A stretch of 54,408 nt of DNA, from positions 1-54,408 of IMG/VR virus record IMGVR_UViG_3300021424_000044. The stretch is one strand, 5' to 3'. The notes under the pieces are model-generated. The model had not been told where the DNA came from. It saw nothing but the letters and a program-made list of their open reading frames with translations, and searched no databases. Of the stretch, positions 8,789 through 17,947 are shown piece after piece. The translations under genes and the position numbers were made by a program. The stretch's first letter is position 1. Each line of letters opens with the position of its first letter. This DNA is from a virus. Taxonomy: Duplodnaviria; Caudoviricetes.

Positions 8789-11700
8789 TTAACCTCTATT
8801 CCCATATTCGTACATTGCTCTTTCGAGTTCTGCTTTAATCATCGGAACTGCTTCCTTCACGCCAATCCCATTCACATTCAGATTAATCGTTACGCGATTG
8901 GATTTGGCGGACATCTCACCATCGCCAGAAGTTGAACTTGCGTTAACTTGGGAATAGGAGGGGACCGTGGTGTCACCCATGGGACCAGGCCCAGGGACGA
9001 CATGCAAATGCCTATTTGTTGAACCGCCGTGGAATTCTGCAAACCCACCGTTTCTTTCGACAACCGTCTTGTACATGCCAAGTTGATTGCCGACCAAATC
9101 ATATGCTCGGCCAGTGATATGGTCTGAATTTATAGACCCAAGGTTGTTGGTTCTGAATGACGACGTGACCATGCGTTTTCCAGAAATCATTGAATTCATT
9201 GCTTCGTGTCTTGCCAAGGTCTTAGACAATCTGCTTGAAGTCGTGTCGCCAATTCCCTTGCCGCGAGGGGTTCTTGTATCGGCATCAATGAGGCCAGCGT
9301 CTATAAATAAAGTCCTTAGACTTTCAGCACTCCACCATTCTGGTTTGTCTGCATCCTCGCCAAAGAATTTACCCATATCTTCAACGACTTTCATTTCAGC
9401 AAGCAACAATTCAGCCTCTTTGTCTATGTTGTCCTTGGCAAGGGTGAATGCTTTTTCCTGTGCAGAAATTTGGTCAACTTGAACGTTCATGCCAAATGAT
9501 TGCAGAAACTGTTCCGCACTTGAGAAACCAGCAGTCTTGTAATCTCCAGCCGAAAGTATGTTTGTAAATCTTTCTTGGTCTTGAGTGCTCAAAGTTTTAA
9601 ACTTATTTTCAACTTCAGCCATCATGGCTGGGTCGGTAAGTTTCAAATCGTTCTGTGCTAATACCGCTCCGAGTTGTGGTTTAAGGGTATTAATCATATT
9701 GCTCTCGGCATCCGCGAGTGCTTTGCTGGTTGCTTGTCCAACCTGACCAGAGTGAAATTGATTACCCAAACCACCCAGCGGATTTTTCTTCCCAGTTAAA
9801 GGGTTTACCTCCTGAAACGCAAGTCCTTCGGGGTCGCCTATTTGTCTTTGAAGTTCAAAATATGCTTTTGTTGCATCACCGCCGTACATGTTGGTGAGTT
9901 GCTCAAGATATCCCTGGAATATCACCGATGCATCTTCGGTCGTTACTTTTGCATCTTTGCCCCTGCCTTTAAAGTCCGTGAAAAAGTTCTTTACAATGTC
10001 GTTCAATATATGCGGAGCATTTTGTTGTTTCAGCGCAGTTTCAAAAGCATCCGAAAAAGACTTTGCGTTCATAACTGCAATAGCATTATCTATCTCCCGT
10101 GCTGTTCTGACGATAGTCAGACCCATCGTTTCCAATGAAATGTTGAAGTCGTTCATGTTGTCGGCAAGGTTTACGCCAAATTGCTGAGCCATTTGGACAA
10201 CTTCAACTTCAGTTTTCCCAGTCATTTCCTGAATAAGTTTGATTCGTGCCTCGACTATGTCGGCGGTGTTGTTGTAGGCCTGCTGGTAAGCCGCACCTTT
10301 TTTGCTCAAATCTTCTAAGAATTTTTGGTTGTATGCGTCATCCACGGGCTGGTCTTTTTTGAGAAAGTCAATCCCCATGAATTTATTTTTTTTCTTTTCA
10401 TTGAGTTTGTTGTATTGGGCTTGCGATATTTCTCCAGTTGCATACAACTCATTTATTGAGGCTGCTCTCTCCTTTCTTCTTGCACCCTTACCCTTAATCG
10501 CTTGCATTATGCGTTGACCCCCATAGGCGATATTTCCCCCAATAAAACCAGCAACACCACCAACGCCAGCGCCAGGAAGCGCGCCAGCGCCAAAACCGAG
10601 CGCGCCGATTGCCGCGCCTCCTGCAGTGCCAGCAGCAGTCATGCCCATCACGGTGTCCATGTAACCCATGTTGTAAGTTGCCTCTACACCGCCCTTTGCA
10701 CCCCTGCCAGCAATTTTTGATATCTTGCCCATTCTGTCCGATGCTTTTCTTAATGAGTCAATAAGAGTTGTTTCTTTTTTCCCAGACCTGTGGGCACTTC
10801 CTTCTACCTGTGCCAGTTGAACCATTATTTCACCAGTGGTCAGCGCAAAGAAGTTTTTGACTTGGGCTTGCGCTCTCTTGCTTGCGTTTTTCATGGTGTT
10901 CACTTGGGCCATTATGGCGCCAGTAATGGTGCCGATGGTTATTCCAATAAGAGTGCCTGGCGCCTTCATCACGGCTTTTGCCTTCATCATTCTCGTAGCG
11001 TCATCACCCAGGTCTGCTCGTCCAAAATTGCTTCCAAAGAGCCCACCAGCAGCAGCACCACCCAACATTGCGAATCCAGAGTCTTCGCTTGTTAGACCAA
11101 CACCACCAGCGGCAATTCCTAGACCCATCTTGGGAGAAAACATTGCTGCTGTGCCACCAAGGGAAAGCATCGCCGCCATTTGTTCGTTTTCGACTTTGTC
11201 AGCCATGTTCATCAAAGCCAATGAATACATGAAGCCACCCATTCCACCAAATGGCTTATGTCCTTGCTGAGCGTCTGCGTTGGCTTGGTTTTGGAGGTTG
11301 CGTCCGTTCCCGCCAACTGCTGCCATTGCCCTAAACATTTTTGAAAAATTGCCTGGGGGGCCTGCTGGATTTCCCTTTCCAGTTATGCGCAGCATCGCGC
11401 GCCGTACTGCACTTGGCGTTGGCGCTGGCGGACCGTGAATGGGCCCACCTGGCGGCGGTGGTGGCAGCGAACCGCCTGGTGGCAGCGGAGGCGGTGGTGG
11501 ACCACCACCACCTGGGCCGCCACCGCCAGAACGCAATCTCATTAGGGTTCCAGTTGCTTTGCCCAATGCCTTGCTGAAATGACCAAGACCCCTTGTAGAT
11601 TTATCGGATGCGGTGCCGAGGCTAGTTACGGCAGTTGTCGTTGCTCCAGATGATTTAAGAAGGGTTGATGCGGCTGAGGTACTTGCTGAAGCAGCGGCAG

Positions 11701-13645
11701 AGGGCGCGATAGCGGCGGCAGCGGCTTTACCGATACCTAATTTGCCCATAATTCCTTTTACGGTCATAAACCTTGCTGCTGTGCCACCAGTTTTGTCCCA
11801 CAAATCTTTTGCCTTCGGCCCAAGCCACCCACCTTTCATAAGTCCACCAGCAACAGCGCCAGCGGCAGCCCCCTTGGGGCCAGCAACCTTACCCACCTTA
11901 TAACCCTCGTAAGCGCCTTTGAGTGTCCCCATCAAACTGACTTGTTTTGCCTGCACGTTCATTTGGGCGACGTTCTTGTCAACAAGTGTTCCGCGTATCG
12001 TCTTCATTCCTCTTGCCATCCCCATAAGCGCCAAAAATGCGCTTCTGTCACTAAAGAATGGCAAATTAGAAAGAGTGTTAAACAATGACAAGAATTGGTC
12101 TACGAGCACCGAAACTGATTTGACTATTCGACTTATTGTTGGAAGATTGTTGACAATAATTCTTTCAAAAAGACTTAAAAGTTTCAATAATGCTGAAACA
12201 GAATTGCCAACTTCTTGTCCAAATTTTTCAAATGCAGGAGCACTCTTTTGGAGAGTTCTGTTGAACTCTTCGCTTCTGTCTTTTATCTCATTCCAAATTG
12301 GCTTCCACGCTTTACCAAATGATGATTCAATAACTTCTGCACCATCAATCAATGGTCTTAGTCCATCTGCTATTTCGTTCCAGCCTTTTTTAAAACGGTC
12401 CCACCAGTCGCCAAGACGTTTAAACATTCCTTCTGATTTTGGCAAGTATTCGCTAATCAATTTCAAATAAAAATCTGATACTTTTTGAACAGCGCCAACA
12501 AGAGTGTCAACAAATCCTCCGCGCTTTTCCCATCCAGCAACTATTCCGCTGGACTGTTTTAACGTGTTAGAAATTATTCTAAATATTTTTTCAAGCCCAA
12601 CTTTGGCTTCTGGCAAAAACTGTTGACCGAAATCAGCAAATTGAACTCTTAGCAAGTTAAAATATTTTTTCATTTGTCCAATTAGTGTTCCGTTCACTGC
12701 ATCCATTTGCCCAGTGACTCCACCAAGTTGGGCGAGGGTCCCATCCTGGATTGCCTTAATCAATTCATCCCTTGTATCAATTCCCTTTTTCTTAGCCTCA
12801 TCCATGGCTTTTGTCATCTCTGGTCCCATGGCCTTGGCGGCTTCAGAAATGGCGCCAAATCCTTTTTTCTTGTCCTGGAGAACGGCCACAAGTTCTGCTG
12901 CTTTTGCCAAACCCTCTTCCAATGGTTGACCAGCAGATGCAAAATCAGTAAGACCTTTGAGCAACCCCTTGCTTTGTCCAGTAAACCCAGTTTTTGTTTT
13001 GGCAAGCGTCGAATACACCTTGTTCAGTGCTTCTGCCCCAGCGCCAGCAAGCATGGTGTCAGCATGGAGACTTCGCATGTCAACTTGCGCCTGTCTTAGC
13101 CCACTACCAAATTCTTTGTGACCCCTTCCAGCGTAAGCAAACTGTGCTGCCTGCTGTTCCCTTATCGCCGCAGCCATCAGGCCTATTGCCACCGCAGTAC
13201 CAGCGGCTGTCGCAGCCAATCCCTTGAGGGCAACGTGATACGACTTGACTAAAAATCTTCCAGTTATGAAAAGCGCGTGCACACCGACCAGAGCAATGCT
13301 CATCGCCCCAAGTGACATTGTTGCCATTTTGAGACCGCCAACAAGCATTTTTTGCATCATCCCGCCGAACGCGGCAATTGTTTTATGAATCTTGAACATC
13401 ATTCGTTCAAGGGTCCTGCCCCCTTTATCGACGCTTTTTAACGCTGTGCCCGCTACCGTCGTCGCGGCGGCCATGCGCAACATTGCTTTGCTGACTTTGT
13501 CGCCAGCCTTTGCCATTAAGTAGAGGCGGCCAGTCGTTTTTGTTGCGTGGTCGCCGAGTTCGTCTACTCGTTCCGTTGACCGCGTGGGACCCTCGTCACG
13601 AGTGGTCCTTACGTTGAGAACTATGTTTCTTACTGCGTCAGACAT
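8789..13645 (-). CDS. Tape measure protein (1618 aa) with C-terminal M15-like peptidoglycan peptidase domain
   Basis: Long Ala/Gly-rich helical protein after the chaperone pair. C-terminal SSFR...SDHITGRAYD...HLHV matches the zinc DD-peptidase (M15/LAS) H-x6-D...HxH motif. Confidence 0.88.
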   Translation of the reverse strand: MSDAVRNIVLNVRTTRDEGPTRSTERVDELGDHATKTTGRLYLMAKAGDKVSKAMLRMAAATTVAGTALKSVDKGGRTLERMMFKIHKTIAAFGGMMQKMLVGGLKMATMSLGAMSIALVGVHALFITGRFLVKSYHVALKGLAATAAGTAVAIGLMAAAIREQQAAQFAYAGRGHKEFGSGLRQAQVDMRSLHADTMLAGAGAEALNKVYSTLAKTKTGFTGQSKGLLKGLTDFASAGQPLEEGLAKAAELVAVLQDKKKGFGAISEAAKAMGPEMTKAMDEAKKKGIDTRDELIKAIQDGTLAQLGGVTGQMDAVNGTLIGQMKKYFNLLRVQFADFGQQFLPEAKVGLEKIFRIISNTLKQSSGIVAGWEKRGGFVDTLVGAVQKVSDFYLKLISEYLPKSEGMFKRLGDWWDRFKKGWNEIADGLRPLIDGAEVIESSFGKAWKPIWNEIKDRSEEFNRTLQKSAPAFEKFGQEVGNSVSALLKLLSLFERIIVNNLPTISRIVKSVSVLVDQFLSLFNTLSNLPFFSDRSAFLALMGMARGMKTIRGTLVDKNVAQMNVQAKQVSLMGTLKGAYEGYKVGKVAGPKGAAAGAVAGGLMKGGWLGPKAKDLWDKTGGTAARFMTVKGIMGKLGIGKAAAAAIAPSAAASASTSAASTLLKSSGATTTAVTSLGTASDKSTRGLGHFSKALGKATGTLMRLRSGGGGPGGGGPPPPPLPPGGSLPPPPPGGPIHGPPAPTPSAVRRAMLRITGKGNPAGPPGNFSKMFRAMAAVGGNGRNLQNQANADAQQGHKPFGGMGGFMYSLALMNMADKVENEQMAAMLSLGGTAAMFSPKMGLGIAAGGVGLTSEDSGFAMLGGAAAGGLFGSNFGRADLGDDATRMMKAKAVMKAPGTLIGITIGTITGAIMAQVNTMKNASKRAQAQVKNFFALTTGEIMVQLAQVEGSAHRSGKKETTLIDSLRKASDRMGKISKIAGRGAKGGVEATYNMGYMDTVMGMTAAGTAGGAAIGALGFGAGALPGAGVGGVAGFIGGNIAYGGQRIMQAIKGKGARRKERAASINELYATGEISQAQYNKLNEKKKNKFMGIDFLKKDQPVDDAYNQKFLEDLSKKGAAYQQAYNNTADIVEARIKLIQEMTGKTEVEVVQMAQQFGVNLADNMNDFNISLETMGLTIVRTAREIDNAIAVMNAKSFSDAFETALKQQNAPHILNDIVKNFFTDFKGRGKDAKVTTEDASVIFQGYLEQLTNMYGGDATKAYFELQRQIGDPEGLAFQEVNPLTGKKNPLGGLGNQFHSGQVGQATSKALADAESNMINTLKPQLGAVLAQNDLKLTDPAMMAEVENKFKTLSTQDQERFTNILSAGDYKTAGFSSAEQFLQSFGMNVQVDQISAQEKAFTLAKDNIDKEAELLLAEMKVVEDMGKFFGEDADKPEWWSAESLRTLFIDAGLIDADTRTPRGKGIGDTTSSRLSKTLARHEAMNSMISGKRMVTSSFRTNNLGSINSDHITGRAYDLVGNQLGMYKTVVERNGGFAEFHGGSTNRHLHVVPGPGPMGDTTVPSYSQVNASSTSGDGEMSAKSNRVTINLNVNGIGVKEAVPMIKAELERAMYEYGNRG

Positions 13646-13698
13646 TGTACCTAGCCGAAATTAAAGATGTTCTTTAATGACTCGTGCTGAGGGGAGTG

Positions 13699-13896
13699 CT
13701 ACCGTTTTTTCTCCAGTTCGCGCCGTTCTCGCTCGCGGTCTTGCTCTACCACTTTAGCACAAGCCATTAATATCAGCCATTCAATATCATTGCAGCGCAG
13801 CAATTCGAGGGGGTTTGTACCCCATAGTTCACCAAGCCTTGCGGCATTGACGATTATCGAGTCTTCGATTAATTCGTCGAAGACTCCTTCATAGGG
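13699..13896 (-). CDS. Tail assembly chaperone frameshift extension (lambda gpT-like), -1 frame
   Basis: Open frame PYEGVFDELIEDSIIVNAARLGELWGTNPLELLRCNDIEWLILMACAKVVEQDRERERRELEKKR* overlaps the end of the chaperone gene and has no early ATG. Not in the ORF track. Confidence 0.7.
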   Translation of the reverse strand, partial: PYEGVFDELIEDSIIVNAARLGELWGTNPLELLRCNDIEWLILMACAKVVEQDRERERRELEKKR

Positions 13897-14399
13897 TCCT
13901 CGGTGTCAACAGTGTCGGAATATCCTGCTGCCTCAAGAATTGCTACAGCCGCTGACTCGACATGCGGGTCAACGCCAAAGAAGGCGCGAACACAATCTGG
14001 CTGTGGGCGAGTTGTTTCCGTCATATCAAGAATAAGGTCAGACGCAAAGGTCAATTCATTACCATCGGCGTCTCGAACTTCTTCATCGTTGAACATGATG
14101 CCACGAGTTGTGGAGCCAACCACAAGACAAGCAAATCGAAGCGCATCCATGCCGTTCTTGGTGTCTTCGCCAGCAGCCTTGCGCCACGAACGAATTTGAT
14201 GCTGGGTGATATTCGGGCTAATAATGAGTTTTACGTTGGGGCGCTCAGGGACGTTCAGATAAACGATTGGTCGCTCAACCTTTTTGCGAATGGCAGCAGA
14301 AAGTTGGTCAAGAACAGTAAGTTCTTTTTTTTCTGATTTTTCAGCCTTTGCAGACTTCTTTGGTTCTTCTGGGGATGTGTACAGTTCGTTGTTGCTCAT
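13869..14399 (-). CDS. Tail assembly chaperone (lambda gpG-like)
   Basis: Lies between tube and tape measure genes and ends ...TEDPMKESSTN. Start placed at ATG 14399, 6 nt below a TGCTAGGTT -10. Confidence 0.75.
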   Translation of the reverse strand: MSNNELYTSPEEPKKSAKAEKSEKKELTVLDQLSAAIRKKVERPIVYLNVPERPNVKLIISPNITQHQIRSWRKAAGEDTKNGMDALRFACLVVGSTTRGIMFNDEEVRDADGNELTFASDLILDMTETTRPQPDCVRAFFGVDPHVESAAVAILEAAGYSDTVDTEDPMKESSTN

Positions 14400-14405
14400 G
14401 GGCAC

Positions 14406-14414
14406 AACCTAGCA
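14406..14414 (-). promoter_or_regulatory. Extended -10 (TGC-TAGGTT), probable leaderless promoter
   Basis: TANNNT hexamer with TG extension exactly 6 nt upstream of ATG 14399. No SD sequence. Confidence 0.5.
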
Positions 14415-14451
14415 CACTGGTCTACACTCAGTTGTAAATTATTAAGTTAAT

Positions 14452-14925
14452 TTACTTGCTGGCAACCGTTGAGACCGAGAAGGTCAAAGCAAACGTTGAT
14501 GGAGCGCCCGATGACGAGTCTCCGTCTGGTTCGGTAAGACCGACCAAAAGGGCCTTTGAGTAGATGCGGTCAAGACCTGGCTTCTTCAAGTCACAGTCAA
14601 ATGTCTCAACCGTAATGTCGTAGTAGGCCTTACCGACGTACTCACGCAACTTGGCAATCTTTGCTGCCAAACCGCTGGCGCCGTCAGATGGTGTTCTGTC
14701 GTCGTCGTAGTGTGCGGTGAGCGTAATGTCGCCAATATCGAATGGAGCGCACAGGACGGTGGGCGATGCCTTGCCACCCTCGTAAATCTTCTCTACCGAA
14801 GCGGTGATTTCGCCACCCGACACCTGCGCAAACAGGAAAGTCTCAAACTTGGGCAGGTCCGAGATTTGTTGCGCGCCGTGCGGCGCAACCTTTGCAAGAA
14901 CTTGCCTTTGTGATACTTTTGCCAT
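14452..14925 (-). CDS. Tail tube protein (157 aa)
   Basis: FAQVSGGEI...EKIYEGG...GDITLT...GDSSS pattern. Immediately after the sheath gene. GGAGG RBS. Confidence 0.8.
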   Translation of the reverse strand: MAKVSQRQVLAKVAPHGAQQISDLPKFETFLFAQVSGGEITASVEKIYEGGKASPTVLCAPFDIGDITLTAHYDDDRTPSDGASGLAAKIAKLREYVGKAYYDITVETFDCDLKKPGLDRIYSKALLVGLTEPDGDSSSGAPSTFALTFSVSTVASK

Positions 14926-14942
14926 GATTTATCCTCCGTTGA

Positions 14943-16421
14943 TTAAACGACCGACTTGGTCAGGTTCGACTTGACGATGTCGACTTCAATCTTGTCGCCA
15001 ACGCTCGAAACTCGAACGCCGACTTTTGCCTTGACAAGACCATCGGACAACTGCGAAGTTGGGTTGATTGAAGCATCGCACTTCACTGAGTAACCGAAGT
15101 CGATTCTCTTTCCATTTGTGTCGAACGCTTCAAACAGCGCGCCGTTTGCACGGAGCGGCTCAAGAATCGCGAACAACTTTGACTCAACTGCAGCGAACAC
15201 CGTGTTGCGGCCATCGATGACGCTGAAGATGAGGTCTTCAAGCGAGCGGTTGGCTTCAACCACAACTTGATTGACAACGTCCTGCGCCGTGATATAGCGG
15301 AAGTTCGTCGTGTCAGAAGACAGCGAACGAGCGCCATACACACGAATTGTGTTATTAATGACACGAATTGCATTTACAAATGCGTCATCAAGTGCGTCAC
15401 CATTCGTCTTGTCAATGTCAGTTGCAACACCATTGACAAACGAAGCCACAGAAATCAAACCAGCGCCTGGTTTGTGGGCACCAACCTGAGTGTGTGCGAC
15501 CGCTCGTTTTGCGGCAGCGTAACCCACAGGTGGAATCAATCGATTGACACCAGCGATGCTTGTCGGAACAAAAACCCACGGATAGAAATAAGCGACGTGC
15601 TCGGTGTTGTCACCAGCCGCAGACAAGGTTTGTCCAGTAGACGTTGCCTCTGCAATCGTGTCGTCAAACGCGCCATACAGAAAGGCGACCCTGTTATATG
15701 TATTGGCATGATTTGCCAAAGCCGTCTGAACCGTTGCGTTTGACGACTCTGCGCATATTACGGCACCAGTTCCAAATGATTCAAGGAACAAACTGAGTCC
15801 AGCGACATAGTCGGCTGCGGCTACGTCTTCTTCATTGTCATCCCCAGCACTAAGCGCGACTGGTGATGCGTCGTTGTGTGGTACGCCAGCCTCACCAAGG
15901 TCCGTGGCGCTTACAAGTTTTGACACCGTTGGGTTGGAATTAATGCGACCGACTGCTTGCGCAACCGTCGTGACATTGCCCGTGCTGAACACAAGCGTGC
16001 CACCATCAAAAATCTTAATGATGAATGTACCAGTAGCAGTTCCTGGATTTATACACTGAACAGTGATGCCAGTACTCCACGCACCAGGACCGTTGGCTGT
16101 AATCGTCATGACGTTTGTTCCGCCAGCGCCAGCCGTTGTGTCGAGGGTTCTTGAACCAGTTGAATGACCAGAACCAGCAACACGCGCAATCCACGCTCTT
16201 GTCCCACCCTCTTCAAAGAATGTCTGCACTGAAGGATGCGTGTACGAGTACGACGCATAACCACCATAGATTGCTTCAAATTCTTCGAGACTTGTGACCA
16301 ACTTGGATGAAGTCACTGGACCACGCGCCGTCTTGCCAACAAAGAACGCCTGTGATGTCTCAACTGCCGTTGTGGCGTTTGGTCCAACTCTTACTGCTGT
16401 TTGTATGCTTACGCCTGGCAT
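14943..16421 (-). CDS. Contractile tail sheath protein (492 aa)
   Basis: MPGV start, FFEEGGTRAWIARV, GPGAWS, YFYPWV...IPPVG and IRVYGARSLS motifs. Confidence 0.92.
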   Translation of the reverse strand: MPGVSIQTAVRVGPNATTAVETSQAFFVGKTARGPVTSSKLVTSLEEFEAIYGGYASYSYTHPSVQTFFEEGGTRAWIARVAGSGHSTGSRTLDTTAGAGGTNVMTITANGPGAWSTGITVQCINPGTATGTFIIKIFDGGTLVFSTGNVTTVAQAVGRINSNPTVSKLVSATDLGEAGVPHNDASPVALSAGDDNEEDVAAADYVAGLSLFLESFGTGAVICAESSNATVQTALANHANTYNRVAFLYGAFDDTIAEATSTGQTLSAAGDNTEHVAYFYPWVFVPTSIAGVNRLIPPVGYAAAKRAVAHTQVGAHKPGAGLISVASFVNGVATDIDKTNGDALDDAFVNAIRVINNTIRVYGARSLSSDTTNFRYITAQDVVNQVVVEANRSLEDLIFSVIDGRNTVFAAVESKLFAILEPLRANGALFEAFDTNGKRIDFGYSVKCDASINPTSQLSDGLVKAKVGVRVSSVGDKIEVDIVKSNLTKSVV

Positions 16422-16466
16422 GACACCTTCCTCACTACTTGAGAACTACGCGTATTAATTTGATTC

Positions 16467-16781
16467 CTATTGTACAGAACTGTTGTCTTCTGTGACAGCA
16501 ACTGTTGGTTCTAATTGAACTTCGACTGGTTCAACATTTTTTACTTTTGATTTTGGTGATTTTGGGGCTGAAACGGTGTGAAGTACTTGCAATTTTCCTT
16601 TTTCAATTCCCGCCTTGCAGATGGGGCACGACTCATCAACGGCTGCGACCCTCATGCTCGAAAGGATTCTGCCGTCTTCACCAATTTCAAGGGGTCCAAG
16701 GGTGACGTTTTTGACGATGAGTGCTGGACCATTGACCGACGAGTAGTCGCCGTTTTCAATAATTTTGAATAGATGCGACAT
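16467..16781 (-). CDS. Hypothetical protein (104 aa) preceding the sheath gene
   Basis: AAGGAG RBS, upstream TACAAT -10, fills the gap in the operon. Confidence 0.65.
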   Translation of the reverse strand: MSHLFKIIENGDYSSVNGPALIVKNVTLGPLEIGEDGRILSSMRVAAVDESCPICKAGIEKGKLQVLHTVSAPKSPKSKVKNVEPVEVQLEPTVAVTEDNSSVQ

Positions 16782-16830
16782 TTTCGCAGTCTCCTTACGT
16801 ATTGCGGTATAAATTGTACCTTATAGATAG

Positions 16831-17466
16831 TTAGTCAATAGTATGGGTTTCAAAGCCAGAACTTGTCATCAAGTTGGTATCCGTAAGTCCCTGTTGGGAA
16901 ATTGATAGTTCAATCTCTGAAATTTCCCCAATATCTTGACGGGTTACCACTTCATTAATGCCCAGGTCGTAACCGATGTAGGCGCCGCACAGAACCCTGT
17001 CGCCTTTCAGCAAAGTGATTTCAGAAAACTCTTCTCTCATGGTTGCTTCGTCAATCATTACTTGAAATGACTGTCTTGGGTCAACCGCTTGCAGACACGG
17101 ATAGTCCAAAAGGGCAGAACGAATAACTGAGGTGAGCCTATCTCTGGCAATGGTCGCCTCGTCTGCACCGACGGCCCTGCACCAAACATAAGTTCTCATT
17201 GCATAGACAACTCGATATAGCGGGTCTGGTCCATCAAAACCCATTCTGTCAAAACGTGTTGTTGATATTGCAACGGTAATAATTGTTGGCCACACATCAA
17301 GGGCGAGCGGTTCATAAGTGAAGTATTTTTCTGGCATTGGCAACTCAGTGCTGGAAATATCCCAACCATTTCTATAGCGAACAACTCGTTTCGGCAAATC
17401 GTTTTGCAAATACGACGATACATAGTTCTTGGCAAAATGTGAGCCATGCATCAGATAGTTAGCCAT
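16831..17466 (-). CDS. Putative tail terminator / tail completion protein (211 aa)
   Basis: Position between the virion morphogenesis and sheath genes. WPTIITVAI pattern. Confidence 0.55.
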   Translation of the reverse strand: MANYLMHGSHFAKNYVSSYLQNDLPKRVVRYRNGWDISSTELPMPEKYFTYEPLALDVWPTIITVAISTTRFDRMGFDGPDPLYRVVYAMRTYVWCRAVGADEATIARDRLTSVIRSALLDYPCLQAVDPRQSFQVMIDEATMREEFSEITLLKGDRVLCGAYIGYDLGINEVVTRQDIGEISEIELSISQQGLTDTNLMTSSGFETHTID

Positions 17467-17467
17467 A

Positions 17468-17947
17468 TCAATCCACTCCGTCTAGTCCCTCAACAATGTA
17501 GTCGACAACTGTTTTTGCTGCGTCATCAATCCATCTTTGTGGCGCAAAAAGAATCGGGCGTGCTGGCATTCGTTCGGTTCCGTATTGATGAAATCTTGCA
17601 ATTTTCCCCGAGAATTTAAATGTTGCACCGCGCGCCCCACCGTCAAGTTTTGGACCTTTGGAAACTTGTCTAAATAATTCACCGCTTTGAACCAGTAGTG
17701 GCGCTCCAGGAAAATTCGTTGCTTTCCATGATGCATATTCTGCGTCCAGTGGTTTCCATCCGCCAGACGGTAGACCCTGTGCGGTGAAGTTGGAAATCAT
17801 GTAGCCCCTTAGGCTTTCATGCAACTTGGGCCAAACAGGGCGCAAATCACGCATTCTTTTGCGCACGTCTTTTAGATACTCGTTTGCGTCATCATCACCA
17901 TCAATGTCTACTTTTATTTTGACATCAAATTCAGCAAAACGGGCCAT
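17468..17947 (-). CDS. Phage virion morphogenesis protein (Mu gpG / P2 gpS-like, 159 aa)
   Basis: F..QG.PSGGWKPL...LLVQSGEL...ARFHQYGT.RMPARP motifs. Confidence 0.85.
   Translation of the reverse strand: MARFAEFDVKIKVDIDGDDDANEYLKDVRKRMRDLRPVWPKLHESLRGYMISNFTAQGLPSGGWKPLDAEYASWKATNFPGAPLLVQSGELFRQVSKGPKLDGGARGATFKFSGKIARFHQYGTERMPARPILFAPQRWIDDAAKTVVDYIVEGLDGVD

Noticed and set aside
3598-16421. Extracellular contractile injection system or tailocin
   Set aside because: Terminase, portal, prohead protease, head-tail adaptor and a probable capsid gene are present, so this is a phage.
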